Positions 37,428-47,211 of a stretch of DNA of 55,018 bases are shown one piece after another. Numbering within the stretch: the first letter of the stretch is position 1; every line of letters starts with the position of its first letter. A program made the translations under genes and the position numbers. This DNA comes from a virus. Lineage: Duplodnaviria; Caudoviricetes. The notes under the pieces are model-generated. The model searched no databases. It had not been told where the DNA came from and saw only the letters and a list, made by a program, of their open reading frames with translations. The DNA lies in IMG/VR virus record IMGVR_UViG_3300048586_000930, positions 1 through 55,018 of that record. One strand, 5' to 3'.

Positions 37428-39017
37428 TCAGGCGGCGGCGGTGTGGATGGTCTGAGCGCCCTTCCAGTTCCAAGGCAGCAATTCGCGCAGGCGCGATGCC
37501 GGGTGGTCGGCGATGCGGGCCAGCACGTCCGCGAGCCATGCGCGCGGATCGACGTCGTTGAGCTTCGCGGTGACGATGAGCGAGTACATCGCCGCGGCGC
37601 GCTCGCCGCCGCGATCGGAGCCGGCGAACAGCCATGACTTCCGCCCCAGGGCGATGCCGCGCAGGGCGCGTTCGGCGGCATTGTTCGTCAGGCAGATGCG
37701 GCCATCGTCGAGGAACCGCGTGAACGCATCCCAGCGCTTCAGCATGTAGTCCATGGCCTTGGCCAGTTCCGTGTGCCGCGACAGCTTGCCACGGGTCGCG
37801 CGCATCCAGGCCTCGAGGTCGGCCACCAGAGATGCGATGCGCTGCTGCCGGGCAGCCTGCCGCGCCCCGGCCGACAGACCGTTGATGACACGCTCGGCAT
37901 CAAAGACGGCATCGATCCGGCGCACCGCCTCGGCGGCGAGCGGTGCGCGGGCGACTTCGGCGAGCTTGAACAGCTTGCGCCGCCCATGCGCCCAGCAGGC
38001 TGCCTCCGCAATCGGACCTGGATGTCGGCCAGGCGCATAGAGATCATTGAACCCGGCATAGGCGTCCGCCTGCAGGATCCCGCCATAGCCGGCGAGGTGT
38101 TGTCGCGGGTGCTCTGCCGTGCGGTCGCGCGAATAGCGGAACATCGCCGCCGGCGGTGCCGGGCCGGCGAATGGCCGGTCGTCGCGCACATAGGTCCATA
38201 GCCGCGCCGTGACGGTCTTGCCCCTGGCCAGCAGGGGAACGGTGGTGTCGTCGCCATGCAGGCGATCGGCCGCCAGCACATGCGCCTCGATCAGCGAGAC
38301 CAGCGGCCGCAGCATCGCCGTGCAGGTGCCGACCCAGTCGGCGAGCGTCGAGACGCTGAGATCGACACCCTCGCGGCCATAGGTCTCGCTCTGCCGGTTC
38401 AGCGGCAGGTGCTGGCCGAACTTGGCTTCCAGGACCATCGCCAGCAGGTTCGGCCCGGCGCGGCCGCGGGCAATCGGATGGAACGGCGCCGACGGCTGGG
38501 TGATGCTCTCGCAGGATCGGCAGGAGAACCGCTCGCGCACCGTCTGGATCACCTTCCACTGGCGCGGCACCACTTCCAGCGTCTCGGTGATGTCCTCGCC
38601 CAGCTTCGAGAGCGTCCCGCCGCAGCACGGACAGGCGGCCGGTGCCGCAATCACCACCCGCTCGCGCGGCAGATGCGCCGGTAGCGGCGCCCGCACAGGC
38701 TGGCGGCGTGCCGGCTGGTACGGGCGCTCCCCGGCACCGCCATTGAGGGTCGCTTCCTCCGCCTTGGCAGTATCCTCGCTAGTAGCGGCGACCAGTTCGT
38801 CGAGTTCCAGCTCCAACTGGTCGATCAGCTTCCGTCCACGCTCGGAGGAGGCGCCAAACCGGTCATGCCTGAGCTTGGCGATCAGCAGCTTCAGATGCGC
38901 CACCATCGCCTCGGCACCGCAGGCACGGGCCTCTGCCTCCTGCCGCGCCACCTGCTCAGCGGCGAGTGCAGCGCGCAGCGTGTCGATATCGGCGGTGGTG
39001 TCCGGCGCGGGGATCAC
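37428..39017 (-). CDS. tnpC: IS66 DDE transposase
   Basis: CPCCGG, HLPLNRQ, LHGDDT, LQADAY, CWAHGRRK and TNNAAERALR. Confidence 0.95.
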   Translation of the reverse strand: MIPAPDTTADIDTLRAALAAEQVARQEAEARACGAEAMVAHLKLLIAKLRHDRFGASSERGRKLIDQLELELDELVAATSEDTAKAEEATLNGGAGERPYQPARRQPVRAPLPAHLPRERVVIAAPAACPCCGGTLSKLGEDITETLEVVPRQWKVIQTVRERFSCRSCESITQPSAPFHPIARGRAGPNLLAMVLEAKFGQHLPLNRQSETYGREGVDLSVSTLADWVGTCTAMLRPLVSLIEAHVLAADRLHGDDTTVPLLARGKTVTARLWTYVRDDRPFAGPAPPAAMFRYSRDRTAEHPRQHLAGYGGILQADAYAGFNDLYAPGRHPGPIAEAACWAHGRRKLFKLAEVARAPLAAEAVRRIDAVFDAERVINGLSAGARQAARQQRIASLVADLEAWMRATRGKLSRHTELAKAMDYMLKRWDAFTRFLDDGRICLTNNAAERALRGIALGRKSWLFAGSDRGGERAAAMYSLIVTAKLNDVDPRAWLADVLARIADHPASRLRELLPWNWKGAQTIHTAAA

Positions 39018-39077
39018 GCCAGGGATCGAATCACACTCCGCGCCGGGCAGGTAGCCGGAATGCGCTGCAGCGCCGAT

Positions 39078-39425
39078 CTATCCGGCGACTTCCGGCCGCC
39101 AGGTCCGCTGCGGGTTCCGCCAGTCGATGCCCTCGAGCATATAGGCCAGCTGGGAACCCGATATCGCCACCGACCCATCGGCCGGTGATGGCCAGATGAA
39201 CCGGCCTTTTTCCAGCCGCTTCGCATAAAGCGACATGCCGAGACCGTCATGCCAGACGATCTTGATCAGGTCGCCGCGGCGGCCGCGAAAGACATAGAGA
39301 TCACCGACATAGGGATCGCGCCCAAGCGCCTGCTGCACCTGCAGCGCCAGCCCGTTCATGCCGCGCCGCATGTCCGTGTGTCCTGCCGCGAGCCATACCC
39401 GAACGCCCGAGGGAACCGGGATCAT
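39078..39425 (-). CDS. tnpB: IS66 accessory protein TnpB
   Basis: TDMRRGMNGL...KRLEKGRFIWP. Confidence 0.95.
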   Translation of the reverse strand: MIPVPSGVRVWLAAGHTDMRRGMNGLALQVQQALGRDPYVGDLYVFRGRRGDLIKIVWHDGLGMSLYAKRLEKGRFIWPSPADGSVAISGSQLAYMLEGIDWRNPQRTWRPEVAG

Positions 39426-39817
39426 CCGCGCAGCGCCGACAGCACCCGGCGCAGCGCTGTCGCACTGATCCCCTCCGCCACCCGCAACGCCGTGCCATCC
39501 GGCAGCACGATCTCGATGCGCTGGGGATCGGGACCCGCCAGATCAGGTGCAGCATCAGGCAGGGCCGGCTCTGCCTCCATCTGCGGTCCGGGCAGCGCCG
39601 GCACGACATGGAAGGGGATGAATGCCGCCGGCCGGTCCGTCGCGAGCTTCCCGCGACGCCGCGCATCCCGCCATTGCCACAGCAGACCTCGGCTCACATC
39701 GTGCCGGCGCGCGACATCGACGAACCTCACACCAGGCTCCTCGAGTTCCGCAAGGATCCGAAGCTTGTCCTCCAGCCGCCAGCGCCGCCGACGCTCAACG
39801 CCGGTGATGATCTCCAT
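39422..39817 (-). CDS. tnpA: IS66 accessory protein TnpA (HTH)
   Basis: RRRRWRLEDKLRIL...VARRHDVSRGLLWQWR. Confidence 0.92.
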   Translation of the reverse strand: MEIITGVERRRRWRLEDKLRILAELEEPGVRFVDVARRHDVSRGLLWQWRDARRRGKLATDRPAAFIPFHVVPALPGPQMEAEPALPDAAPDLAGPDPQRIEIVLPDGTALRVAEGISATALRRVLSALRG

Positions 39818-40212
39818 CCCGCCACCCTTCCCCCGCTCTTACCGGCGCTCCAAAGAACGCCCGTAGAAGCAGAAGACAGATCTCGCACTTCCTCGGAAGG
39901 CGGCCTTCACCGGAGGGTTACGAACAACGCGCCGGCGGAGTTCGCCTTCAGCTATGCGATCGACGCCAATCGCAGCCTGACCTTCACGCTGCACGAGGTC
40001 TACCTGGCGCTGGCCAAGACGCCGGTCGAAGGGCCGGGCGGCGTTGAGGTCACCTTCGAGTTCCGGGCTGCCTACAACGCGGCGGCGACGAGGATGATGT
40101 CCGCGGTGCTGCGCAACCAGCAGGCGGGGACGGAGTATGCGTGATCTTGATGACGATTCTCATTGTCGAAAAGGAGACGTCCCACGAGCTTGAGGTTCGG
40201 CCCACGAGGGCG

Positions 40213-42783
40213 TTAGTGCTCTACCTCATACTCATCGAGCATACGATTGCGCGCTCGAATCTCTGCCGCCTCACGTCTTAGACGATCACGATCGGCAAAC
40301 GGCGTCGCGTGATCGTCGGCACGGGCCTCGAGGATCCTGGCGCGCAGCAGTTCCTCCTGGGCGTTAAGGTTTCCGGCCTTCGCCAACTCGTTCTCGGCAC
40401 CGTCGTAGTCGCGCTGCACGAGCCTGATACGGGCCTCGATTCCAGCGACACCCCCCGCTGCCCCGCGAGCTTTCAGGAATTCAACGTCCTCGCGCGCGAC
40501 GCGAACGTCACCAGCGGAGGCGGCTGCCACGGCACGTAGCCTCCGAATGAACATCTGACCGCCGGACCCACGCTGGAGCACGTCGGTGAGCATGCGCTGA
40601 GCCCCAGCGAAATCCTGGCTTTGGCGCATAATCAGCATCGCCCTGCGACCGTCGGCATACGCTTCCTGGCCCCGCAGGCTGTGCAGGGTACGAATGACCT
40701 TGTCCGCCTCGTTAAACTCGCCTTGCGCGATGAGCATGCCGGCTTGCACATCGAGCAGAACTGGGTTCCTGCCTATGTAGTCCGCCTGATCCCGAACTAG
40801 CTCGTGCAGCTGCGGCCACATCCCCAGGCGCTGGTAGCAACGGGCGAGGTCGCCCACGACCAGCTTAATGTATTTTCTGACTTCCCGCGCCTTCAGTAGC
40901 ATGTCTATGGCGCCCTTGAGATCGCCTTTGCCGACACGCAGGTGGAAGGCCCGCAGGTAAAAGCGGGAGCGATAGCTGCGCTCGTCAAAGAAATCGAGCA
41001 GACGCTCGGCCTCATCGTTTCCCAGTCGCACGTGAGCGCGTACGACGTACGACAGGATCTCCTCGCGTGCAGTCTCATCCATCCGTGCCTTGAGCGCCGA
41101 CGACCCCCAAGCGACAACCCTGCGAAGCGCCTCGGGATCGTCATGGCCACGATCGTACGTCTCCTTAACAACCTCCTGCAGCGTGGATGGCAGTAGCAGG
41201 TCCCTGAATTCGGTTGGCAGGGTGCCGCCCTCGATCGCAGCCATGAAGGCAAGCGCATCCAATAGCTCCGCGCGCAATTCGTCGTTTTGACGGGCGCGCT
41301 CGAGTTCTTCCCTCAGCGCCTTTGAGAACGCAGCCATCAACTCTTTAGAGCCGTAACCGTGGAGCCGCCGGAAAAGCGATCGAATGGGCGCGGAGATGAG
41401 ATAGCTCGCGCCAGACACCTCAACCAAGCATGCGAGGATGAGCCCAGACACAGCGTCGGCAAAATCCACGGTCGAGATGTTCGTGCGCTGGAGCACGATG
41501 CGTTTCAGCGTGTCGCCGGCGAGCTGCGGCACCCAGCTTAAGACGGACAGCACGTCTCGCTCCACCGGTGTGCGGTGAGCGAAGTCAAGGGAATCGCCGA
41601 GTACCTCCTCCTGCAGGGAGAATAGGTCCGCGGGGTGGGCATCCAGAACCGCCGGTCCTCGCTGCGCAACCAGTGCCGCGGTCGCCCGGGCGATTCCTGG
41701 ATGGCCGCCGATGGTGCGGATGATGTCCGTGCTCGGGAGCTCGGGCTTTGCCCCGAAGACTCCCGTCGCCTGAATCATCAAGGTGCGGACGTCCTGCTCC
41801 TTTAGAGGCGGAACCGGAATTTGAATGACATTCGGATGTGCGCGCAACTCATTCTCGTGGAGGAGGCGATTCGATACGACGACCAGCTTCACCTGTCGGT
41901 TGTCCGCCAGCTCGCCGAAAAGGATGGGCACCCAGGGCTTCAAGAAGCCTCTGTCCTCGAAGATGCCATTGCCAGTGACGATCATGACTGCTTGCCCGAG
42001 TTCGGCGAAATGAGCGAGGCGGCGCGCTATCTCCTGTGCCTGTTCGTGCAGCGCCGCGGCGCCGAAAGCACGGAGATCGTCGCCAATCGAATGGAGCGGC
42101 AGGTCGGTCTCGACCTCCTGCCTTAGCGCGCGGTATATGTCGGCCAAGTCCGCAAACTGCGGCAGAACAAACTCCGGACCGAAACCCAATTCTGGCGTCG
42201 CCGGGAATGCCTCGGTAAGCAGGCGTCGACTGAAGGTGCGGCGACCGATACCGAGTGGGCCCGCGAGCACTAGTACATTCGGCGTCTGCTCCGTACGCAA
42301 CACGACGTCGTTCACTAAAGCCACGGCAGCGTCGACAAGCGCCCCACGACCAAAGACCTGTGCGCCTGGCAGGTGACTTAAGGGACCCGTGATAAGCGCT
42401 TTGCGAATGTATCTCGCAACCTCGCGCGGTCCTTCGCCAACACGGCCAACCCAGTAGTCGCGCATCCAGGCGGGCAGGTCGGCGTGTGTCACAGTGGGAT
42501 CGATCGGGATCACGATGACGCGGAACTTCGGATCCTTGATCTTGGAAATGCGGGCCCGATCAATCTCAAACCCGACCCATGGCGACTTCAAAGCCTTCTT
42601 TGTCGCGAACAGCGCAAACATGGTTGCCTTGCCAACCCGCTGCTCCATCGCGGAGATCAGATCCTCACCATTGCGGAAGCTCCGAGGATAAAAGTAGGCC
42701 AATCCGTCGGGGAGGAAGCGTTGGATTTTGGTCACAAAACTCTCGTCACCGCCCTCCAGGGACAGGAAAACGGTAGGTAGCAT
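40213..42783 (-). CDS. TIR - atypical P-loop (STAND-like) NTPase - wHTH - TPR protein, candidate anti-phage gene
   Basis: TIR motifs VFLS and SPWVGFEI (E73). FGR...LVLAGPLGIGRRT, VPPL and IGGHP, then a helical repeat C-terminus. GAAGGAG RBS. Reverse strand inside the tail operon. Confidence 0.8.
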   Translation of the reverse strand: MLPTVFLSLEGGDESFVTKIQRFLPDGLAYFYPRSFRNGEDLISAMEQRVGKATMFALFATKKALKSPWVGFEIDRARISKIKDPKFRVIVIPIDPTVTHADLPAWMRDYWVGRVGEGPREVARYIRKALITGPLSHLPGAQVFGRGALVDAAVALVNDVVLRTEQTPNVLVLAGPLGIGRRTFSRRLLTEAFPATPELGFGPEFVLPQFADLADIYRALRQEVETDLPLHSIGDDLRAFGAAALHEQAQEIARRLAHFAELGQAVMIVTGNGIFEDRGFLKPWVPILFGELADNRQVKLVVVSNRLLHENELRAHPNVIQIPVPPLKEQDVRTLMIQATGVFGAKPELPSTDIIRTIGGHPGIARATAALVAQRGPAVLDAHPADLFSLQEEVLGDSLDFAHRTPVERDVLSVLSWVPQLAGDTLKRIVLQRTNISTVDFADAVSGLILACLVEVSGASYLISAPIRSLFRRLHGYGSKELMAAFSKALREELERARQNDELRAELLDALAFMAAIEGGTLPTEFRDLLLPSTLQEVVKETYDRGHDDPEALRRVVAWGSSALKARMDETAREEILSYVVRAHVRLGNDEAERLLDFFDERSYRSRFYLRAFHLRVGKGDLKGAIDMLLKAREVRKYIKLVVGDLARCYQRLGMWPQLHELVRDQADYIGRNPVLLDVQAGMLIAQGEFNEADKVIRTLHSLRGQEAYADGRRAMLIMRQSQDFAGAQRMLTDVLQRGSGGQMFIRRLRAVAAASAGDVRVAREDVEFLKARGAAGGVAGIEARIRLVQRDYDGAENELAKAGNLNAQEELLRARILEARADDHATPFADRDRLRREAAEIRARNRMLDEYEVEH

Positions 42784-43061
42784 CGTAGCTCCTTCTTGAT
42801 TGACCTGATCGAACTAAGTCACAGCCCTGAATACTGAATCATTCGCCGACATCTACATCTCAGTATCACGATCGCTGAGAGCGGCCGCAAGCGCGCCGGT
42901 GTTCGCGATGTGCAAGTTGGTTTTCAATCTACCCCGGCCAGCTGCTCCGTCGCGCCTACGCTAGACCGCTTCGCGCCGGCGGTGAGGCCGAGCCATGGCG
43001 TGTTCGCCTCCCACCGCTTCGGCCTGAGCGGATCACCCCCACGAAGTTAATGGAGAACGGT

Positions 43062-43439
43062 ATGCTCACCCTCGACCTTCCGGCCGAGCCGTATTGGCTC
43101 GACCTGCCGCGCGGCGTCCGCGTCGAGATCCGACCCGTGACCACCGCGGTCATGGCCGCGGCCCAGGCCGCCGCCGCGCGCCGCCTCGCCGCGATCCGCA
43201 TCGCCGACCCCGACCTCGACCCCGACATGTCGCGCGGCCTGTCCTTCGCCTTCCTGGTCAAGGCACTCGCCCGCCACGCCGTCACCGCCTGGGAGGGCGT
43301 CGGTGACGCCGCCGGCAAGCCGCTGGCGCTCTCCCCGGAGGCCGTCGAACGCCTGATGGACCTCGACGACATCGCGGCCGCCTTCTGGGATCGCGCCACC
43401 GCCCCTGTCGCCGCGGTGGCCGCCGAGGGAAACGGCTGA
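43062..43439 (+). CDS. Tail assembly chaperone (gpG-like)
   Basis: Lies between the tail tube and tape measure genes. AWEGVGDAAG.PL, ending in a slippery site. Confidence 0.82.
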   Translation: MLTLDLPAEPYWLDLPRGVRVEIRPVTTAVMAAAQAAAARRLAAIRIADPDLDPDMSRGLSFAFLVKALARHAVTAWEGVGDAAGKPLALSPEAVERLMDLDDIAAAFWDRATAPVAAVAAEGNG

Positions 43440-43753
43440 GGGCCCGCGCCACCTGGCACTTCGGCCGCGGGCCCGACTACTGCCGCGGCTGCGCCGCCCT
43501 GGAGCGCCACTGCGCCGACGCCTGCCCCTACGCCGCGCACGCCCCCGCCAGCGTCGAGGGCCACGCCTGCTGGGCCGCCGGCACCGCCTGCGCCGAGGCG
43601 AGCATGGCCGGCCTGACGCTCGACACCGCCGGCGCGCTCGCCGCGGCGCGCGAGATGGGCGCCGCTGGCTGGGCTGCCGCCGAACTGCTGCTCGCCATCC
43701 GCATCGGCATGGCCGAGGGCGCCACCGCCCGCCGCGAGGGGGAGACCTCCTGA
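43427..43753 (+). CDS. gpT-like extension reached by a -1 frameshift at G GGA AAC
   Basis: Heptamer at 43427-43433. The -1 frame stays open for 108 codons to TGA 43751-43753, 1 nt before the tape measure ATG. Confidence 0.8.
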   Translation, partial: GKRLRARATWHFGRGPDYCRGCAALERHCADACPYAAHAPASVEGHACWAAGTACAEASMAGLTLDTAGALAAAREMGAAGWAAAELLLAIRIGMAEGATARREGETS

Positions 43754-43754
43754 C

Positions 43755-45929
43755 ATGGCCGACGCTACCCGCCGCGTCTCGGTCCGCCTGTCGCTGGACG
43801 ACGCTGCCCGGGTCAAGGCCGGGCTGCGCGAGGTCGGCGAGACCGGCCAGCGCTCCCTCGACCAGATCAAGGGTGGCGCCGAACGCGCCTCCCGCTCGCT
43901 CGACCTGCTGGACGTCGCGACCCGCGGCATCCAACTCGCCGGCGTGGCGGTGGCGGCCCGCGCCCTGGTCCAGGCCGGCGACGCGCTGACCCAGAGCCTC
44001 TCGCGCCTGCAGAACGCCACCGGTTCGGTGGAGCGCGCCGGGCAGGTCTACGAGGCGCTGTACCGCAACGCGCTCTCCACCGGCGTCGCGGTCTCCGAGA
44101 GCGTCGACGCCTTCCAGCGCTTCTCGATCGCCGCACGGGAGATTGGCGCCACCTCCGCCCAGGTGGTGCGCCTCGTCGGCGGCCTGCAGCGCGTCGCCAT
44201 CGTCTCTGGCGCCTCCACCCAGGAGATCTCCTCGGCCACGCTGCAGCTCGCCCAGGCGCTGGCCTCGGGCGTGCTCCAGGGCGACGAGCTGCGTTCCATC
44301 CTCGAGGCGATGCCGCTGCTGGCCGAGGGTCTGGCCAAGGAACTCGGCGTCTCCATGGGCGAGCTGCGCAAGCTCGGCTCCGAGGGCAAGCTCACCGCCG
44401 AGCGGGTCTTCCCGGCGCTGCTGCGCGCCACCGAACGCCTCGGCGCCGAGCTCGATCGCGCCCCGCTCTCGCTCGGCCGCGCCTTCGGCCAGCTCTCCGC
44501 CGCGACGGAGAATTTCCTTGGCCAGCTCGACCGCGCCATCGGCCTGTCCAATGCCCTGGCCCGCGCCCTGTCGGCTGCCGCCCGTGCGGTGGATGGCGTC
44601 CGCCAGGGCGCCGGCCTGCTCAGCGAGGAGGAACGCTTCGCCGGCATGCGCCGCCAGGCCGAGGCACTGGCCGCGCAGATCGCCCGGTTGGAAAGCCAGC
44701 AGGACGGCCGCGCCAGCCTCACCGCCCCGGTCCGCCGCGGCAGCATCCGTCCTGGCCTGGTCGGCACCGCCGAGCAGCAGGCCGGGGTGGATCGTGCGGC
44801 CCGGCTGGAGGAGCTGCGCCGGCAATACACGGACCTCCAGGCCGAGATCACCCGCGGCGAGCAAGCCGCCGGCGAGCGCCAGCGCAGCGAGCAGGAGAAC
44901 GCCGCGACCGCCGCCGCCGACGCCCGCCGCCGGCGTGCCACGCAGGACGTCCAGGACCTCACCCGCGACCTAGACGACCGCTTCCGGATCAACCGCGAGT
45001 ACGAGGAGCGGGTCCGCCGCCTGCGCGAGGCCGAGGCCGCGGGTGGCGTCACCGCCGCCGAGCGCACCCGCCTCGAGACCCTGGCGCTGCAGGAACGCGA
45101 CGAGGCGCTGCGCCGGCTGGAGCCGCGCGTCGCCGCCGTCCGTCGCGCCAGCACCGAGGGTGCGCGGGAGGCCCGCGAGGCCGAGCGCGAGCTCAACGAG
45201 CTGCTGCGCGAGCGCGAGCGGCTCATCCAGCAGAACGAGACCGCCTATGAGCGCTACCAGCGCCGGATGGCCACCCTGTCCAGCCTGGTGGAGCGGGCGG
45301 AACGGGCCGGACGGGCGGTGCCCGACGAGACCATCCAGCGCGAGGCGGTCGCGGCGATGGAGGAGCTGGAACGCGCCGAGGAGCGTGTGCAGCGCGGCGC
45401 GGAACGCACCTCGGACACGGTTCGCGAGCTCGGCCTGACCTTCTCCAGCGCCTTCGAGGACGCCATCGTCAAGGGCGAGAAGTTCTCCTCGGTGCTGGAG
45501 GGGCTGCTGCAGGACATCACCCGCATCCTCGCCCGCAAGGTCATCACCGAGCCGCTCGGCAACGCCGTCTCGGCCGGCCTGTCCGGCATCTCCTTCGACA
45601 GCCTGTTCACCGATGTCGGCTCCTGGCTCGGTGGCCTGTTCCGCGCCGAGGGCGGGCCGGTCGCCGCTGGGCAGCCCTATGTCGTCGGCGAGCGCGGACC
45701 CGAATGGTTCGTCCCGCGCCAGGCAGGCACCGTCCTGCCCAACGGCGTCACCCCGGGCGGAGGAGGCCCGACCATCCACACCAGCATCAGCATCGACGCC
45801 CGCGGCGCCGATGCCGGCGTCGAGGCGCGGCTGCGCCTGCTCGCCGGGCAGATCGCGCGGCAGGCCTCGGCGATGACGCTGGACGCCATCCGCCGCGGCG
45901 GCGCGGCCTACGACACGGTGCGCGGGTAG
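43755..45929 (+). CDS. Tape measure protein
   Basis: QLAQALASGVLQGDELRSILE, coiled coils and RAEGGPV...YVVGERGPEWF. Confidence 0.93.
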   Translation: MADATRRVSVRLSLDDAARVKAGLREVGETGQRSLDQIKGGAERASRSLDLLDVATRGIQLAGVAVAARALVQAGDALTQSLSRLQNATGSVERAGQVYEALYRNALSTGVAVSESVDAFQRFSIAAREIGATSAQVVRLVGGLQRVAIVSGASTQEISSATLQLAQALASGVLQGDELRSILEAMPLLAEGLAKELGVSMGELRKLGSEGKLTAERVFPALLRATERLGAELDRAPLSLGRAFGQLSAATENFLGQLDRAIGLSNALARALSAAARAVDGVRQGAGLLSEEERFAGMRRQAEALAAQIARLESQQDGRASLTAPVRRGSIRPGLVGTAEQQAGVDRAARLEELRRQYTDLQAEITRGEQAAGERQRSEQENAATAAADARRRRATQDVQDLTRDLDDRFRINREYEERVRRLREAEAAGGVTAAERTRLETLALQERDEALRRLEPRVAAVRRASTEGAREAREAERELNELLRERERLIQQNETAYERYQRRMATLSSLVERAERAGRAVPDETIQREAVAAMEELERAEERVQRGAERTSDTVRELGLTFSSAFEDAIVKGEKFSSVLEGLLQDITRILARKVITEPLGNAVSAGLSGISFDSLFTDVGSWLGGLFRAEGGPVAAGQPYVVGERGPEWFVPRQAGTVLPNGVTPGGGGPTIHTSISIDARGADAGVEARLRLLAGQIARQASAMTLDAIRRGGAAYDTVRG

Positions 45930-45946
45930 CGGGGAGGAGGGGCGGC

Positions 45947-46636
45947 ATGACCGAATACGCCTGGCCCGCTGCGCTCCGCCCGTCGCGGCTGAGCTTCTAC
46001 CTGCAGCACAACACGCTGCGCTTCGTCTCGCCGGTCAGCCGCGCCACCCAGGTGCTGCGCTGCGACGGCGCGCGCTGGATCGCCGAGGCCAGCTTCGATC
46101 CGCTCAACCGCCTCCAGGCCGGCGTGCTGGAGGGGTTGCTCGCCGCCCTGGCCGGATCGGCCAACACCGTCCGCATCTGGGACTGGCGGCGCGAGTACCG
46201 CACCGGCGATCCGCGCAGTCAGGGCGAGGTGCCGTCGGGGCCGTACTCCTTCTCGGACGCCACCATCTTCACCGATGGGACGGGGATGGTGGTGGGCAGC
46301 GGCACGCCATCGCTCGCCGCCGGCGCGGCGCGCGGGGCCCTCTCCCTGCAAACGCAGGGTTGGTGGCCGAATGCGGTGGCAGTCGGCGCGGGGGATCACA
46401 TCGGCCTCGCCGGCCGGCTCTACATGGCGACCGAGACGGTGGTGGCCTCGGGCACCGGCACGGCCACTATCCCGATCGCCCCGCCGCTGCGCGCCGCGGC
46501 CTCGCTCGCCGAGCCGCTGGTGCTGACGACACCGACGGTGGCCATGCGCCTCGCCTCCGATGACGAGGGGGCGAACCCCACCCGGCCGGGGCGTTTCACC
46601 GCCATCACCATCCGCCTGGAGGAGGCCCTGCCGTGA
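45947..46636 (+). CDS. Distal-tail-like protein
   Basis: 229 aa immediately after the tape measure gene. GGAGGAGG RBS. Confidence 0.72.
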   Translation: MTEYAWPAALRPSRLSFYLQHNTLRFVSPVSRATQVLRCDGARWIAEASFDPLNRLQAGVLEGLLAALAGSANTVRIWDWRREYRTGDPRSQGEVPSGPYSFSDATIFTDGTGMVVGSGTPSLAAGAARGALSLQTQGWWPNAVAVGAGDHIGLAGRLYMATETVVASGTGTATIPIAPPLRAAASLAEPLVLTTPTVAMRLASDDEGANPTRPGRFTAITIRLEEALP

Positions 46637-47211
46637 GCGACGGCATCACCGCCACGCCGCGCCTGTCGCCCCAGGCCGCCGCGGCGGCGACCGGGCCGGT
46701 CGCGACGCCCGTGGTGCTGGTCGAGCTCGACTTTGCCGCCGGCCCCATCCGCGCCTGGACCGGGCTCGGGCCGCTCAGCTGGGCTGGGACGGTCTACGAG
46801 GGCATGGGGACCATCGGTGCCGTCTCCGACATCGAGGAGACTGCCGAGCTGCGCGCCGTGCGCATCACCCTGACCCTCTCCCCAGTGCCGCAGGAGGTGG
46901 TGGACATCGCGCTCGCCGAGCAGAGCTTCCGCCTGCGCCCGGCCCGGCTGTGGGGCGCGCTGCTCGATGCCGAGGGCGCCTTCGTCGCCGACCCGTTTCC
47001 CCTCTGGGCCGGGCTGATGGACACCATGCAGGTGGTGGACGGCGCCGAACCGCGCATCTCGCTGACCTGCGAGAGTCGCCTCGTCGACCTCGAGCGCGCC
47101 GAGGTGCGGCGCTACACCGACGCCGACCAGCAGGCCGAGTATCCGGGGGATCGCTTCTTCGAGTTCGTCCCCGCCCTGCAGGAGGCGGAGATCCGGCTGC
47201 CGGCCAACTGA
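46633..47211 (+). CDS. Minor tail/hub protein
   Basis: WTGLG...YEGMG...RYTDADQQAEYPGDRFFEFV. Confidence 0.75.
   Translation: MSDGITATPRLSPQAAAAATGPVATPVVLVELDFAAGPIRAWTGLGPLSWAGTVYEGMGTIGAVSDIEETAELRAVRITLTLSPVPQEVVDIALAEQSFRLRPARLWGALLDAEGAFVADPFPLWAGLMDTMQVVDGAEPRISLTCESRLVDLERAEVRRYTDADQQAEYPGDRFFEFVPALQEAEIRLPAN

Larger units (their letters stand above)
37393..39921 (-). mobile_element. IS66-family insertion sequence, 2529 bp
   Basis: Terminal inverted repeats GTAACCATCCGGCGAGGGCCGC / GTAACCCTCCGGTGAAGGCCGC (19/22). 8-bp target duplication GAACAACG at 37385-37392 and 39922-39929. Confidence 0.96.
36651..40144 (+). pseudogene. Tail tube protein gene interrupted by IS66
   Basis: 36651-37392 joined to 39930-40144 restores a 318-aa frame (...QAQNN|APAEFAFSY...). 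Confidence 0.9.

Noticed and set aside
36651-37637. 328-aa ORF as a complete tail tube protein, and 39608..40144 as a separate gene
   Set aside because: Both are chimeras of tail-tube halves with IS66 end sequence.
39078-39425. TnpB as an RNA-guided nuclease
   Set aside because: This is the 115-aa IS66 accessory TnpB, unrelated to IS200/605 TnpB.
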